DNA of 64,000 nucleotides from Candidatus Nanopelagicales bacterium (GTDB lineage: Bacteria; Actinomycetota; Actinomycetes; S36-B12), in assembly GCA_040266055.1 (NCBI GenBank), contig JBDQFC010000010.1, forward strand, positions 1,486 through 65,485. Direction: 5' to 3'. Below the pieces are notes generated by a model. It did not search any database, had not been told where the DNA came from, and saw only the letters and a list, made by a program, of their open reading frames with translations. This document shows, in pieces, positions 1-9,180 of this stretch (within the stretch, counting starts at the first letter, position 1; every line of letters begins with the position of its first letter). The position numbers and the translations under genes were made by a program.

Positions 1-611
1 CCAAGGTCTGGAACACCGACCAGGGCCGCGAGAAGACCACCGCCGCCATGAACGCCTCCCTCGAGCGCCTCGGCTTGGACTACGTCGATCTGTACCTGAT
101 CCACTGGCCCACCCCCGAACGCGGTCTCTACCTCGAGACGTGGGAAACAGTGCTGGACCTGCAAGATCAAGGAAAGACCTTGTCTGCGGGTGTATCGAAC
201 TTCCACCCTGATCACCTGCGCACCGTCATCGACGCTACCGGCGTCACGCCGACCATCAACCAGGTGGAACTCCACCCGTGGCTGCCGCAGCGTGAAGTCC
301 GCGCTGTTGACGCCGAACTAGGCATCGTGACCGAGGCGTGGTCTCCCCTAGCCTCCGGTGGGCTGCTCGACGATGAGGTGTTGGCTGGCATCGGGGCGAA
401 GTACGGCAAGAGCGCCGCTCAGGTGATGATCCGTTGGCACCTGCAGATCGGGAACGTGGTTCTCCCCAAATCGGTGACTCCCGAGCGGATCAGGAGCAAT
501 ATTGAGGTCTTCGATTTCGAACTCGACTCCGACGATCTCATCGCCATCGAAGCCTTGGAAGACACCTCTAAGCGCACCGGCCCAAACCCCGACACCTTCA
601 ACGAGGCATAG
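1..611 (+). CDS. Aldo/keto reductase (2,5-diketo-D-gluconate reductase-like), 5' end outside window
   Basis: ORF 48..611 stays open in frame back to position 3 (KVWNTDQGREK...). AKR signature LERLGLDYVDLYLIHWP and C-terminal LPKSVTPERI are present. Confidence 0.85.
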   Translation, partial: KVWNTDQGREKTTAAMNASLERLGLDYVDLYLIHWPTPERGLYLETWETVLDLQDQGKTLSAGVSNFHPDHLRTVIDATGVTPTINQVELHPWLPQREVRAVDAELGIVTEAWSPLASGGLLDDEVLAGIGAKYGKSAAQVMIRWHLQIGNVVLPKSVTPERIRSNIEVFDFELDSDDLIAIEALEDTSKRTGPNPDTFNEA

Positions 612-646
612 CGACCAAGCGCTCTACGGCGCGCGGACCTACGCGG

Positions 647-1171
647 CTAGGCGGAGGTTCGCGCGTCGAGATTTGCCTGGGGCAACATGTCACCGGCTGC
701 TTCGCAACTGCGCTCAATACGAGCCGCTGATTTCTCGATCCGATTCATCTGCTTCGTCTTGATGCCGTCGGTCCCCTGCTTGGGCTTCACGCGACCGAGG
801 TTCTTTTGAATGCGGTTGGCATTAACTAGGACACTCTCGGGCAGATCGCCGGAAATGTAGGCCTCTTCAGCGTCGAGGACCATCTGGTCCGAAAGCCCTT
901 TGAGTTCAGCGAGCATGTCCCGCTTGGCCTTCTTCTTGGCATCCGGCGACCCGGCAACCTCACTCATCTTGAGGTCGAATGCGAAGTAGCTGGAACACGC
1001 AGGGATAACCTGAATGGCTTCGTCAACCTCGACGTCGAGCGCATCCGCAGGGGCCTCACTCGGAGCAACGTCAACGGCCGCCGGGTCCTCATCGCCGCCG
1101 CCACAAGCAGCGAGGCTCAAGGCCAACGCACCGCTTGCCGCGATTACCGCCCACTTGCGTGTTCCGCGCAT
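647..1171 (-). CDS. Putative lipoprotein, function unknown
   Basis: Internal start MRGTRKWAVIAASGALALSLAACGGG has a signal peptide and lipobox (LAAC). GGGAGG lies just upstream of this ATG. The ORF-track start at 1231 looks like an over-extension. Confidence 0.6.
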   Translation of the reverse strand: MRGTRKWAVIAASGALALSLAACGGGDEDPAAVDVAPSEAPADALDVEVDEAIQVIPACSSYFAFDLKMSEVAGSPDAKKKAKRDMLAELKGLSDQMVLDAEEAYISGDLPESVLVNANRIQKNLGRVKPKQGTDGIKTKQMNRIEKSAARIERSCEAAGDMLPQANLDARTSA

Positions 1172-1304
1172 CGTGTACCTCCCATGACCCAACATCTTCT
1201 GGTCACGAAAGCGTAACGCGCCTGCCCCCAATCAGCAGGACATTAGGACTATTCGGGCGTGGTCGAGCCACACCCTTGCGCACACCCCCAGACCGATAAA
1301 CGCA

Positions 1305-1338
1305 AATGGGTCCCGCACCTCACGGAGCGGGACCCATT
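1305..1338 (-). terminator. Rho-independent terminator downstream of nrdJ
   Basis: Perfect 12-bp stem AATGGGTCCCGC / GCGGGACCCATT with a 10-nt loop, 14 nt after the nrdJ stop. On the minus strand it is followed by TTTGCGTTTAT. Confidence 0.65.
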
Positions 1339-1351
1339 CACTTAGTTTTGG

Positions 1352-4177
1352 TTAGCTGCAGCCGGAGGTGCTTCCGCATCCCTCGCATACATAGCAGCTA
1401 CCCGCCGGGCGCATCTTGATGCCGCAGGTCATGCACAGCGGCGCATCCGATGCCGTTCCGGTTATCTCCTCCAACAGTTCCGCGCTGGAGTGCGCGTTAC
1501 TGGCCTGAGGCTTCTCCGCGGGAGCTTCCTCGGTCACCGCTTCATCAACGTCGACATCGAGGTCGGCCGCCGGAGCAGCAGCGATCTGCGGTGCCTCGTA
1601 GTTGGCAGCCACCGTTGCCGCACGCTCGTCGGCGGTGAAGATGCCAAGTGCTTCACGCTTTTCCAGCGGCAGGTAGTCCAGCGCCAACCGGCGGAAGATG
1701 TAATCCATGATCGATTGGCTCATCCGGATGTCCGGATCATCGGTCAGACCCGCCGGCTCGAAGCGCATGTTGACGAACTTCGAGACGAACGCCTCCAGCG
1801 GAACGCCGTACTGCAACGCGATCGAGATCGCGATGGAGAAGGCGTCCATGACACCGGCGAGGGTCGAACCCTGCTTGCCCAGCTTGAGGAAGACCTCACC
1901 GAGCTCGCCGTCTTCGTAGCTGCCGGCGGTGAGGTAACCCTCCGCGCCAGCAACGGAGAAGCTGGTGGTGCGGCTCGGACGAGACTTCGGCAAGCGCCGA
2001 CGAATCGGCTGACCGATGCCCTCGATCGCCGCCTCTACCTCGGCGTCGACCTTGGCGGCCTTACCGTCGGACAGCGGCTGACCTACCTTGCAGTTGTCGC
2101 GGTAGATGGCGAGCGCCTTCAGGCCCTGCTTCCAGCCCTCGTAGTAGATCTGCTCGACCTCCTCGACGGTGGCCGTCTCGGGCATGTTCACCGTCTTGGA
2201 GATCGCGCCGGACAAGAATGGCTGACAGGCAGCCATCATCCGAACGTGACCCATCGGAGAGATCGAGCGTGCGCCCATTGCGGTGTCGAAGATGGCGTAG
2301 TGCTCGGTCTTCAGGCCGGGAGCGTCGATGACGTGACCATTCTCGGAGATGTACTCCACGATCGCCTCGATGGTTTCCTCTGTGTAGCTGAGCTTGCGCA
2401 GAGCCCGCGGGATCGTCTGGTTGACGATCTGCATCGAACCGCCGCCGACGAGCTTCTTGAACTTCACCAGCGAGAAGTCCGGCTCGATACCCGTGGTGTC
2501 GCAGTCCATCATGAATCCGATGGTGCCGGTCGGGGCGAGCACCGAGGCCTGGGCGTTGCGCCAGCCGTTCTTCTCACCGGTGGCCAGGCACTCTTCCCAG
2601 TTCTTCACTGCAAGCCGCAGCACATCACCGTCAAGACTGGAGACACTGCGGACGTTGTCATTCGCAGCGGCGTGCTTGCGCATGACGCGCTTGTGGGCAG
2701 ACTCGTTGCGGGCGTAGCCGTCGTACGGACCGACCACTCCGGCGAGCTCGGCACTGCGCTTGTAGGCAGTACCGGTCATTAGCGAGGTGATCGCGGCCGC
2801 GAAGGAACGACCAGCATCGGAGTCGTACGGAAGACCAGTTGCCATGAGCAGCGCACCGAGGTTCGCGTAGCCGATACCGAGCTGGCGGTAGCGACGCGTG
2901 GTGTCGCCGATTGCCTCAGTCGGGAAGTCCGCGAAGGAGATCGAGATGTCCATCGCAGTGATGACGAACTCCACGCTCTTGGCGAACCGATCAGCGTCGA
3001 AGGTGTCGTCGTCCTTGAGGAACTCCATCAAGTTGAGGCTCGCGAGGTTGCATGAGGAGTTGTCCAGGCTCATGTACTCCGAGCATGGGTTAGATGCATT
3101 GATGCGACCGGTCTCGGGGTTGGTGTGCCAGTCGTTGATGGTGTCGTCGTACTGGATACCCGGATCAGCGCACGCCCAGGCCGCCTCGGCCATGGTGCGA
3201 AATAGCCGCTTGGCGTTGACGGTCTCGATGACCTCGCCATCGGTACGAGCCTTGAGGCCGAAGTCCTCGTCGCCCTCCACCGCGCGCATGAACTCATCGC
3301 TCACGCGAACGGAGTTGTTGGCGTTTTGGTACTGAACCGAGGTGATGTCTTGGCCGCCGAGATCCATGTCGTAGCCGGCATCGCGCAGCACGCGGATCTT
3401 GTCCTCTTCGCGGACCTTGGTCTCGATGAACTCCTCGATGTCCGGGTGATCGACATCGAGCACGACCATTTTGGCGGCGCGGCGGGTGGCGCCACCGGAC
3501 TTGATGGTGCCGGCGGATGCGTCAGCGCCACGCATGAACGACACCGGACCGGACGCCGTGCCACCGGACGAACGCAACAGTTCCTTGCTGGAACGGATAC
3601 GCGAGAGGTTCAAGCCGGCACCGGAGCCACCCTTGAAGATGAAGCCCTCTTCCTTGTACCAGTTAAGGATCGAATCCATGGTGTCATCGACGCTGAGGAT
3701 GAAGCAGGCGCTGACCTGCTGCGGTGCAGTGGTGCCGACGTTGAACCACACAGGTGAGTTGAAGCTGAAGACCTGGTGCAAGAGCATGTAGGTGAGCTCG
3801 TGCTCGAAGATCTCGGCATCCTCATCGCTGCGGAAGTACCCGTTCTCCTTACCCGCCTTGGTGTAGGTGAGCACCACGCGATCGATGAGCTGCTTCAGGC
3901 TCCACTCGCGTGCCTCGGTACCCACTGCGCCGCGGAAATACTTCGTGGTGACGATGGTGGAAGCGTTGACGCTCCAGAAGTCGGGAAACTCAACCCCGCG
4001 CTGCTCGAAGACGACCTCGCCAGTCTTCCAGTTGTTTTGCACCACGTCCCGGCGCTCCCACGTGACGTCGTCGTACGGGTGAACACCGGCGGTGGTGTAA
4101 AGCCGCTCGATAGCCAAGCCGGGGCCGTGCAGGGTGTTGTGCACGAACCCCGCGGGTGTGCTGATGGTTTGGGACAT
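1352..4177 (-). CDS. nrdJ: Vitamin B12-dependent ribonucleotide reductase, class II
   Basis: 941 aa. Class II RNR blocks are present (SNPCSEY, TVNMPETATVEEVEQIYYEGWKQGLKALAIYRD) plus a C-terminal Cys-rich tail CMTCG...CYVCEGCG. It lies immediately downstream of nrdR. Confidence 0.95.
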   Translation of the reverse strand: MSQTISTPAGFVHNTLHGPGLAIERLYTTAGVHPYDDVTWERRDVVQNNWKTGEVVFEQRGVEFPDFWSVNASTIVTTKYFRGAVGTEAREWSLKQLIDRVVLTYTKAGKENGYFRSDEDAEIFEHELTYMLLHQVFSFNSPVWFNVGTTAPQQVSACFILSVDDTMDSILNWYKEEGFIFKGGSGAGLNLSRIRSSKELLRSSGGTASGPVSFMRGADASAGTIKSGGATRRAAKMVVLDVDHPDIEEFIETKVREEDKIRVLRDAGYDMDLGGQDITSVQYQNANNSVRVSDEFMRAVEGDEDFGLKARTDGEVIETVNAKRLFRTMAEAAWACADPGIQYDDTINDWHTNPETGRINASNPCSEYMSLDNSSCNLASLNLMEFLKDDDTFDADRFAKSVEFVITAMDISISFADFPTEAIGDTTRRYRQLGIGYANLGALLMATGLPYDSDAGRSFAAAITSLMTGTAYKRSAELAGVVGPYDGYARNESAHKRVMRKHAAANDNVRSVSSLDGDVLRLAVKNWEECLATGEKNGWRNAQASVLAPTGTIGFMMDCDTTGIEPDFSLVKFKKLVGGGSMQIVNQTIPRALRKLSYTEETIEAIVEYISENGHVIDAPGLKTEHYAIFDTAMGARSISPMGHVRMMAACQPFLSGAISKTVNMPETATVEEVEQIYYEGWKQGLKALAIYRDNCKVGQPLSDGKAAKVDAEVEAAIEGIGQPIRRRLPKSRPSRTTSFSVAGAEGYLTAGSYEDGELGEVFLKLGKQGSTLAGVMDAFSIAISIALQYGVPLEAFVSKFVNMRFEPAGLTDDPDIRMSQSIMDYIFRRLALDYLPLEKREALGIFTADERAATVAANYEAPQIAAAPAADLDVDVDEAVTEEAPAEKPQASNAHSSAELLEEITGTASDAPLCMTCGIKMRPAGSCYVCEGCGSTSGCS

Positions 4178-4225
4178 CGGTGGTGCCTTTCTTTCTCGAG
4201 CGGATAGATAGCTGGGAAGTCTGGT

Positions 4226-4289
4226 GTTGTCTCGTTGTGCTGGTGCAGTTGTGCTGGTGCAGTTGTGGAAATTCAGTTGTGAGGTCAGG
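4226..4289. repeat. Phased GTTGTG hexamer array (14-bp period) in the nrdR-nrdJ spacer
   Basis: GTTGTG occurs at 4234, 4248, 4262 and 4276. Units 1 and 2 are a perfect tandem copy of GTTGTGCTGGTGCA. A degenerate GTTGTC sits at 4226. Confidence 0.8.
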
Positions 4290-4298
4290 TTCCTACGT

Positions 4299-4799
4299 CT
4301 ACGTCGGGGCAGTTTGGCTCTGGGGTGTGACGGTGGGCTCGGTTGCCGTTGCCTCGCCTTCGGCTCGAAGCAGCGTGATCTCCGCCTCGAAGTCCTCCAG
4401 GGAGTCGAAGCTGCGATACACCGACGCGAATCTCAAGTACGCGACCTCGTCGAGTTCACGAAGCGGCCCGAGAATCGCCAGGCCGACTTCCTCGGCTGGA
4501 ATCTCGGCGTTGCCCGTGGCGCGCAATGCGTCCTCAACCCTTTGGGCCAGGACCGCAATCTGATCCTCGTTTACCGGTCGACCCTGGCATGCCTTTCGCA
4601 CCCCGGTAACGACCTTGGCGCGAACGAAAGGTTCGCTGGCTCCCGAGTGCTTGACTACGTTCAACTGAGCGGTCTCGGAGGTAGTGAAGCGTCGACCGCA
4701 GGAAGCGCACTCGCGGCGTCGCCGGATCGCGCTTCCCTCATCGGACGTGCGTGAGTCGACGACGCGTGAATCTTCTTCACGGCAGAACGGACACCTCAT
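4299..4799 (-). CDS. nrdR: Transcriptional repressor NrdR
   Basis: N-terminal zinc ribbon [17 protein letters not shown]...[12 protein letters not shown] followed by an ATP-cone region. Sits upstream of nrdJ as in Streptomyces nrdRJ. Confidence 0.95.
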   Translation of the reverse strand: MRCPFCREEDSRVVDSRTSDEGSAIRRRRECASCGRRFTTSETAQLNVVKHSGASEPFVRAKVVTGVRKACQGRPVNEDQIAVLAQRVEDALRATGNAEIPAEEVGLAILGPLRELDEVAYLRFASVYRSFDSLEDFEAEITLLRAEGEATATEPTVTPQSQTAPT

Positions 4800-4894
4800 G
4801 GTCCCCTCCTGTCACTCTCGTCACATCTGTTTCGGCAGTTCGGCCATCTGTGGGGATTCTTGGGGAAACCCTGTGGACGACCTGTGTAGCAGGA

Positions 4895-4945
4895 CCACAA
4901 CCTGTGGATGAATAACATCCGTGTGACTACTACATCTAGGGGTAG
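4895..4945 (-). promoter_or_regulatory. Candidate NrdR boxes upstream of nrdR
   Basis: Two palindromes about 35 bp apart: CCACAACCTGTGG (4895-4907) and CTACATCTAGGGGTAG (4930-4945, 12/16 self-complementary). Both loosely resemble the 16-bp NrdR box. Spacing and match were not verified against a matrix. Confidence 0.3.
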
Positions 4946-5023
4946 GACTGTAGGGCCACCACCACGGGAGTGCAAGTGCCTCGGCCGAGTCAATTTCGGC
5001 GTGTTGCGTCCCTAGGGGGCAAA

Positions 5024-5731
5024 TTAGCTGGCGAAACGGGTCACTTGGCTGGCCACACGCTGGGCCCAGGTCCGGGTCCCCGAACTCGTGTAGTGCAGCG
5101 CGTCGGCGAAGGGGACGTCGTTGCGACGAGCCCAGTTCCCCCATACGACGTGGTGGAGGTTCTTGCGATCGGCAGCAAGTTCCTTCACCTGGCGGTTGAA
5201 CCACTTTTCCTTCGCCCGCGTGAACCGATCTCCGCCACTGGCATAGGTATCCACCCACAGCACCGTGCGCTTCTTACCCAGCACTTTCATCAGTTCTTTC
5301 ATCCGCGAGGCCGTAGTCCCACGATCTATCCAGCGCATGTCGTTGGTGCCGATTGCGATGACGACCGTATCTGGCAACTGATCGAGCTGCTTGGCGCGCT
5401 TGGCCTGCGCGATGGCCCAGTCCAGTCGCTTACCGCCGAAACAGCGAACAGTGGGCGTCCATCCGTCCAGTCGCAGTGCCTTCTTCAGCGGTTGGCGTCC
5501 GTTGCGGGTGAGCGAATCCCCAATTATCAACACCCGACGACCCTGACCGGGACCGGGTGTGGTGTTGAGAGACTTGGGCCAAATCGGGCCCGAACATGCA
5601 CGGGCATCACCCTCGGTGGTCCACTTCGGATCCTTACGCGGTCCGCTTTCCAAGGCGCTAGCACTGATCGGCGCTAAGGATGCCGCGAGAATGCCAGCGA
5701 TGACAGTGGTAGTGATACGACGAACGAGCAC
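5024..5731 (-). CDS. Secreted SGNH/GDSL-family hydrolase
   Basis: SGNH blocks are present: VLIIGDSLT (block I), IAIGTNDM (block III), DALHYTSSG (block V). N-terminus is signal-peptide-like (RRITTTVIAGILAASLAPISASA). The GTG start at 5731 lies 10 nt after the upstream LysM gene stop. Confidence 0.75.
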   Translation of the reverse strand: MLVRRITTTVIAGILAASLAPISASALESGPRKDPKWTTEGDARACSGPIWPKSLNTTPGPGQGRRVLIIGDSLTRNGRQPLKKALRLDGWTPTVRCFGGKRLDWAIAQAKRAKQLDQLPDTVVIAIGTNDMRWIDRGTTASRMKELMKVLGKKRTVLWVDTYASGGDRFTRAKEKWFNRQVKELAADRKNLHHVVWGNWARRNDVPFADALHYTSSGTRTWAQRVASQVTRFAS

Positions 5732-5741
5732 CAGATCAGTA

Positions 5742-6203
5742 TCACCGGGCTGTGGGCACGATGATCGACTGCCCCACAACGATGGGTTCGGTCCCCAACT
5801 CATTCAGGTCACGTATCTGCTGAACCACTCCTCGCGGGTCACTACCGGGTGCCACATCCTGCGCGATTCCCCACAAAGTTTCCCCGGCCTGGACTACGAC
5901 GGTGCTGTGCTGGACCCCCTCCGTCTGGGCTGAAGCGCCGGCCACCTGGCCGGCTCCAACGATGATGGTGCCCAGCGCTGCCAACGAGGCCGAAAACGCA
6001 ACGAAACGTCCGCGTCGGGTCAGGCGAACTGCTCCGTGATTACCGGCGTTCACGACGCGCCGCGGCGAAGGACGTACGTCCGGAGCCCGTTCCGCCACAC
6101 GGGCTCCGGACGAGATTCGGGGTTCACGGGTCTTCAGGGACGTGTGTGTGGGGGAACTACGAAAAGTGGAGGAAGTTGGGGAAGTCATCGCGCTGCCTTT
6201 CAT
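5742..6203 (-). CDS. ChiZ-like LysM membrane protein (SOS-linked cell-wall/division protein)
   Basis: Architecture is a disordered R/P/S-rich N-terminus, one TM helix (FVAFSASLAALGTIIVGAG) and a C-terminal LysM domain (VVVQAGETLWGIAQ...VGQSIIVP). It is divergent from lexA, with LexA boxes between them, as for M. tuberculosis Rv2719c. Start is 6203 or 6188. The 295-aa ORF-track version overlaps lexA and is over-extended. Confidence 0.75.
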   Translation of the reverse strand: MKGSAMTSPTSSTFRSSPTHTSLKTREPRISSGARVAERAPDVRPSPRRVVNAGNHGAVRLTRRGRFVAFSASLAALGTIIVGAGQVAGASAQTEGVQHSTVVVQAGETLWGIAQDVAPGSDPRGVVQQIRDLNELGTEPIVVGQSIIVPTAR

Positions 6204-6254
6204 GCCTTGGGTGTTGCCCCGGTTATTGCCGTGGCCTGGACCCGGATCGGGTGT

Positions 6255-6286
6255 TCGAACGTGTGTACGATCGAACACATGTTCGT
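6255..6286. promoter_or_regulatory. Two abutting LexA (SOS) boxes
   Basis: TCGAACGTGTGTACGA (6255-6270) is directly followed by TCGAACACATGTTCGT (6271-6286). The actinobacterial consensus is TCGAAC-N4-GTTCGA. Confidence 0.8.
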
Positions 6287-6322
6287 TTTTTACCATGGTT
6301 TGCCCGACACACCCGTCATTTA

Positions 6323-6338
6323 TCGAACAGGTGTTTGA
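6323..6338. promoter_or_regulatory. LexA (SOS) box proximal to lexA
   Basis: TCGAACAGGTGTTTGA, about 112 nt upstream of the lexA start. A weaker half-match, TCGAACACACGTGCAG, lies at 6364-6379. Confidence 0.6.
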
Positions 6339-6449
6339 TTTCGTGTCGCGCAAGGCATATTTTTCGAACACACGTGCAGCATCGCGTGGGGGTCTGACAT
6401 CGACCCCGGCGCGCAGCGGGCAACCAACCACCGGACGCAGGAGACAGAC

Positions 6450-7148
6450 ATGGCCAGCAACATCGCCGAACTTCCAGACGGTCAGCCAGACGACTCCGGC
6501 CTCACACCACGCCAGCGGGCGATCTTGCGGATGATCGAGGAAACCATGGCCGACCGTGGTTACCCGCCGAGTGTGCGCGAGATCGGCCATGGCGTCGGCT
6601 TGACTTCCCCTAGCTCGGTGGCCCACCAACTCAAGACGCTGGAGGAACTCGGCTACCTACGCCGCGACCCCAACCGCCCCCGGGCCCTGGTGGTCGCCCG
6701 TCCGAGCGCTTCCCCGCAGCCTGTGAAGCCGCCGGCACCCGTCACAGCCATCGAAGAAGAACTCCGATCATCGGCCGTGGGGGTCCCGCTCGTTGGTCGA
6801 ATCGCCGCCGGTGGCCCGATCCTGGCCGAGCAGCACACCGAGGACGTCATGCCGCTCCCCCGCGATCTCGTCGGCGACGGGGAACTGTTCATGCTGACCG
6901 TCGTCGGGGACTCCATGGTCGATGCCGCAATTTGCGATGGAGACTTCGTTGTCATTCGTAGCCAGCCAACCTGCGAAAACGGTGAGATCGTCGCTGCAAT
7001 GATCGATGGTGAGGCCACCGTCAAGACGTTCAAGCGGCGCGATGGGCATGTGTGGCTAATGCCGCACAACCCGGCCTTCGAACCCATATTGGGTGACAAC
7101 GCGCAGATACTGGGCAAGGTTGTCAGCGTTCTACGCCGTATCAGGTAA
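6450..7148 (+). CDS. lexA: SOS repressor LexA
   Basis: N-terminal winged HTH ([14 protein letters not shown]...[10 protein letters not shown]). S24 peptidase core with GDSM and the KTFKR lysine region. Confidence 0.97.
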   Translation: MASNIAELPDGQPDDSGLTPRQRAILRMIEETMADRGYPPSVREIGHGVGLTSPSSVAHQLKTLEELGYLRRDPNRPRALVVARPSASPQPVKPPAPVTAIEEELRSSAVGVPLVGRIAAGGPILAEQHTEDVMPLPRDLVGDGELFMLTVVGDSMVDAAICDGDFVVIRSQPTCENGEIVAAMIDGEATVKTFKRRDGHVWLMPHNPAFEPILGDNAQILGKVVSVLRRIR

Positions 7149-9180
7149 CAGTCGAGTCCTCGTTCAGGCGAGTCAGGGCTTGCTTAACTACCGTCCCATC
7201 AGTGGTGAACCACAGCGGCGGAACTGACGCGCGCAGCGCTTGCCCGTAGCCCGAAGTAGCCATCCGGGAATCGAGTACTGCCACGACGCCGCGGTCTGAC
7301 TCCGAACGGATGAGTCGCCCGGCTCCTTGCGCCAAGAGCAGCGCCGCCTTGGCCAACGCGACCTCGCGAAAGCCCGATCGCCCGGCGGCATCGACTGCGG
7401 CCTGCCTCGCGCTGAGAACCGGATCATCCGGACGCGGGAAGGGGATGCGGTCGATGGTAACCAGCACCAACGAGTCCCCGGGAATGTCGATGCCCTGCCA
7501 CAACGCGACAGTGCCGACCAGGACACTCGCCGGTTCCTGGGCGAAGCGTTGCACCAGCGGGGCCACCGACTCCCCGCGACGTTGCAACAAGACCGGGCCG
7601 ACTTCACCGCTATCGAGAACCGGTCCGAGGCGAACGCGCAGGTAGTCCGCAGCGCGCTCGACGCCGTTCCAGCTCGAAAACAACGCCAGCGTTCGTCCGC
7701 CGGCTGCCTCAACTAGGGAGGCGAGTTCGTCCAAGGCCTCCATCGATGCACCGTCGCGATCTGGGGGTGGCACGTGACGAGCCACGTACAAGATTCCCTG
7801 TCGCGCGTAGTCGAAGCCGGCACCCACGTCCAGACAACGAGTATCCGGAGGCAAGCCCAGTGATGCCAGGACGGGTTCGAAGAACCCACCAGCCTTGATG
7901 GTTGCACTGGTGAGAGCCACCGGTTGTTGCGGGAAGAGTGATTCAGCCAACGCATCTCCGACACTGAGCGGCGCGATGCGCACCACGGATCCACGCGGGC
8001 CTTCGGACGACCACCAGGCAACGTCAGCACCAGACAAGGCGATGAGCCGACCGCAGACAGCAAACACTTCCTCTACGCTGGCACGCACTCGCTGAAGTGC
8101 CGCAGCGTCGATGGTTTCGTCGTCCTTTGATGCAGCGAGATCGCTCGACAGTGCCGAGATGATGGCGCGCGTGGCATCGCGTAACCGCGTCAAAGCCAGG
8201 ACCATCGCCGGTGACCACTCGGTGACTCGACTCATCGACTGAGGTGAAGAGTCGACGATTTCGGCCAAGGCAATCGCGAACTCGTCAACAGCGTCGGCAA
8301 GTGAGCCTTGGTCGTCGGAGACACGGGCAGCGTCGTTCACCAGTCGCTCCAGTACACCAACCGACAACTCTCCGGTGACCGCACTGGTAATTCGATCAAC
8401 CAACTCGTGGGCTTCATCCACGATCAGCGCGGAACGCTCAGGAAGAACCGGGATGCCTTCGATGGCATCGATCGCAAGCATTGCGTGGTTGGTGACCACG
8501 ATGTCTGCTTCCATTGCTTTGGCACGCGCAAGGGCAGAGAAGCACTCCTCGCCATAGGGGCAGCGGCTCTCCCCCACGCACTCAACTGAAGACACCGACA
8601 CCGACCGCCAGACACGCGAATCGACTTCAGCATCGAGATCATCACGATCACCGGAGTCGGTGTGACTTGCCCAGTCATGGACCATCGCGGCTTGCTCTTC
8701 CAAGGTGCCACGGGCCTTGGGGCCTGCGTCGTCGTACATCAGGAGTGATTCCTGTCCCGCAGCCTCACCGATGCGCTGACGGCACAGATAGTTCTGCCGC
8801 CCCTTGAGCACTGCCCACGACACGTCGATACCCGAGTCCGCCAGCCGGGGTAGTTCACGCTCGATCAATTGCCGCTGCAGGGCAAGAGTGGCAGTTGCTA
8901 CGACCACCGGGCCCTTATCGCGTGCAATCTGCGCCGCAGGAACGAGGTAGGCCAGCGACTTTCCGGTTCCCGTCCCTGCCTGAACGACCACGTGGGTGCC
9001 GGAGGAGAACGCATCCATCACGGCCCTGGTCATCTCGTGCTGACCGGGACGTGAACGTCCACCCATGGACTCAACGATCGCGTCGAGACTTGTCATCGCC
9101 TGGTCAACGGTGGCGTCGGCGCCAGAATCAGTCACGTCAGTGGGTGGTGGCCGCTGTGCGGAGTTCTTCGGCGAGTCCAT
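7141..9180 (-). CDS. dinG: ATP-dependent DNA helicase, DinG/XPD family
   Basis: Walker [16 protein letters not shown] box (IVDEAHEL), and an Fe-S cysteine cluster (CRQR...[15 protein letters not shown]). The start could instead be M29 (9096), which would avoid the overlap with hflX. Confidence 0.88.
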   Translation of the reverse strand: MDSPKNSAQRPPPTDVTDSGADATVDQAMTSLDAIVESMGGRSRPGQHEMTRAVMDAFSSGTHVVVQAGTGTGKSLAYLVPAAQIARDKGPVVVATATLALQRQLIERELPRLADSGIDVSWAVLKGRQNYLCRQRIGEAAGQESLLMYDDAGPKARGTLEEQAAMVHDWASHTDSGDRDDLDAEVDSRVWRSVSVSSVECVGESRCPYGEECFSALARAKAMEADIVVTNHAMLAIDAIEGIPVLPERSALIVDEAHELVDRITSAVTGELSVGVLERLVNDAARVSDDQGSLADAVDEFAIALAEIVDSSPQSMSRVTEWSPAMVLALTRLRDATRAIISALSSDLAASKDDETIDAAALQRVRASVEEVFAVCGRLIALSGADVAWWSSEGPRGSVVRIAPLSVGDALAESLFPQQPVALTSATIKAGGFFEPVLASLGLPPDTRCLDVGAGFDYARQGILYVARHVPPPDRDGASMEALDELASLVEAAGGRTLALFSSWNGVERAADYLRVRLGPVLDSGEVGPVLLQRRGESVAPLVQRFAQEPASVLVGTVALWQGIDIPGDSLVLVTIDRIPFPRPDDPVLSARQAAVDAAGRSGFREVALAKAALLLAQGAGRLIRSESDRGVVAVLDSRMATSGYGQALRASVPPLWFTTDGTVVKQALTRLNEDSTVT

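Noticed and set aside
1490-2782. 430-aa plus-strand ORF, together with many other 60-300-aa ORFs (e.g. 19092-19997, 22128-22715, 38856-39677, 43193-44098, 53622-54395), lying antisense to well-supported genes
   Set aside because: They are R/G/P/S/A-rich with no motifs, and each is fully nested opposite a gene with strong family signatures. This is the typical open-frame artefact of high-GC DNA.
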